Assembly: GCA_934121875.1 (NCBI GenBank)
Contig: CAKOVG010000001.1
Coordinates: forward strand, 12,442 to 76,441
Source: an uncultured Clostridia bacterium
GTDB taxonomy: Bacteria > Bacillota > Clostridia > TANB77 > CAG-508
Reading direction: 5' to 3'
Length of the DNA stretch: 64,000 nt
Every line of letters starts with the position of its first letter. The first letter of the stretch is position 1. Of the stretch, positions 63,686-64,000 are shown one piece after another. The translations under genes and the position numbers were made by a program. The notes below the pieces were generated by a model, which was not told where the DNA came from, searched no databases, and was given only the letters and a program-made list of their open reading frames with translations.

Positions 63686-64000
63686 CTTCCACTCCTCATA
63701 TTAAAAAAATATATTCTAACGGTGATGAGAGTAATATAATACTTTTCGTAGTGAGGCTGTGGGGATCAGCAAGCTAGAAGATGTTACTAATTTTTTTCAA
63801 ATCATTATTAATGTTTGTAAAAAATTTTTGTTACATCTTCTTGCGATGCTGGGATGGAACGAAGAAAAGTTTTCATATTACTCCCATCATTTCTATTGTT
63901 TTTATGACTTTTGACAACGCAAGATGCTGATTATTTTAAAAATTTAGTATTAGAGCTGGGTTAACAGTTCGTTCATTCCTTCTAATTTCAAAATGCAAAT

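Overview
This is a very AT-rich Clostridia-like low-GC Firmicute chromosomal segment, and it is mostly conserved housekeeping and sporulation or cell-division genes. Gene content, in window order: cysS and a class A PBP; the lepA-side heat-shock locus hemW-hrcA-grpE-dnaK-dnaJ with a CIRCE-like palindrome; whiA and prmC; sufC-sufBD; a GH15 hydrolase; a beta-CASP nuclease; ftsK; rsmD; sepF-divIVA; miaA and mutL; tRNA-Gln and tRNA-His; a sortase; a HIT protein; a short AlaRS-like gene; mtaB; groESL with CIRCE; mutS2; an arginase-family gene; pheST with a T-box leader; dapA and dapB; glmU plus a UDPGP-type pyrophosphorylase; NfeD-SPFH; rarA, ruvA, tcdA, rpmB, nth; a patatin-like lipase; and rpsF-ssb-rpsR. 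The non-routine content is small and scattered; the main items are listed below. (1) Two tandem Gly/Cys-rich micro-ORFs (YjcZ-like tiny TM peptides) sit beside a tiny Arg/Lys-rich ORF and a higher-GC hypothetical gene that abuts a degenerate direct repeat of the tRNA-Gln 3-prime end, a possible islet scar. (2) A long prepilin-like protein fused to an FGE-sulfatase-like domain has a 56-bp internal fragment duplicated in its upstream intergenic region; a striking 8-bp all-GC hairpin and a conserved-looking 190-bp candidate structured RNA lie downstream. (3) Two dispersed intergenic repeat families are present: a ~87-bp element near whiA and near ruvA, and a TIR/hairpin GGGACGG element near dapB and near rpsR. 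(4) A 584-aa AlaRS has catalytic and editing domains but lacks the linker and the C-Ala domain. I did not see a CRISPR array, an integrase or transposase, or a clear defence or toxin-antitoxin locus. Several claims need homology searches that I cannot run here.
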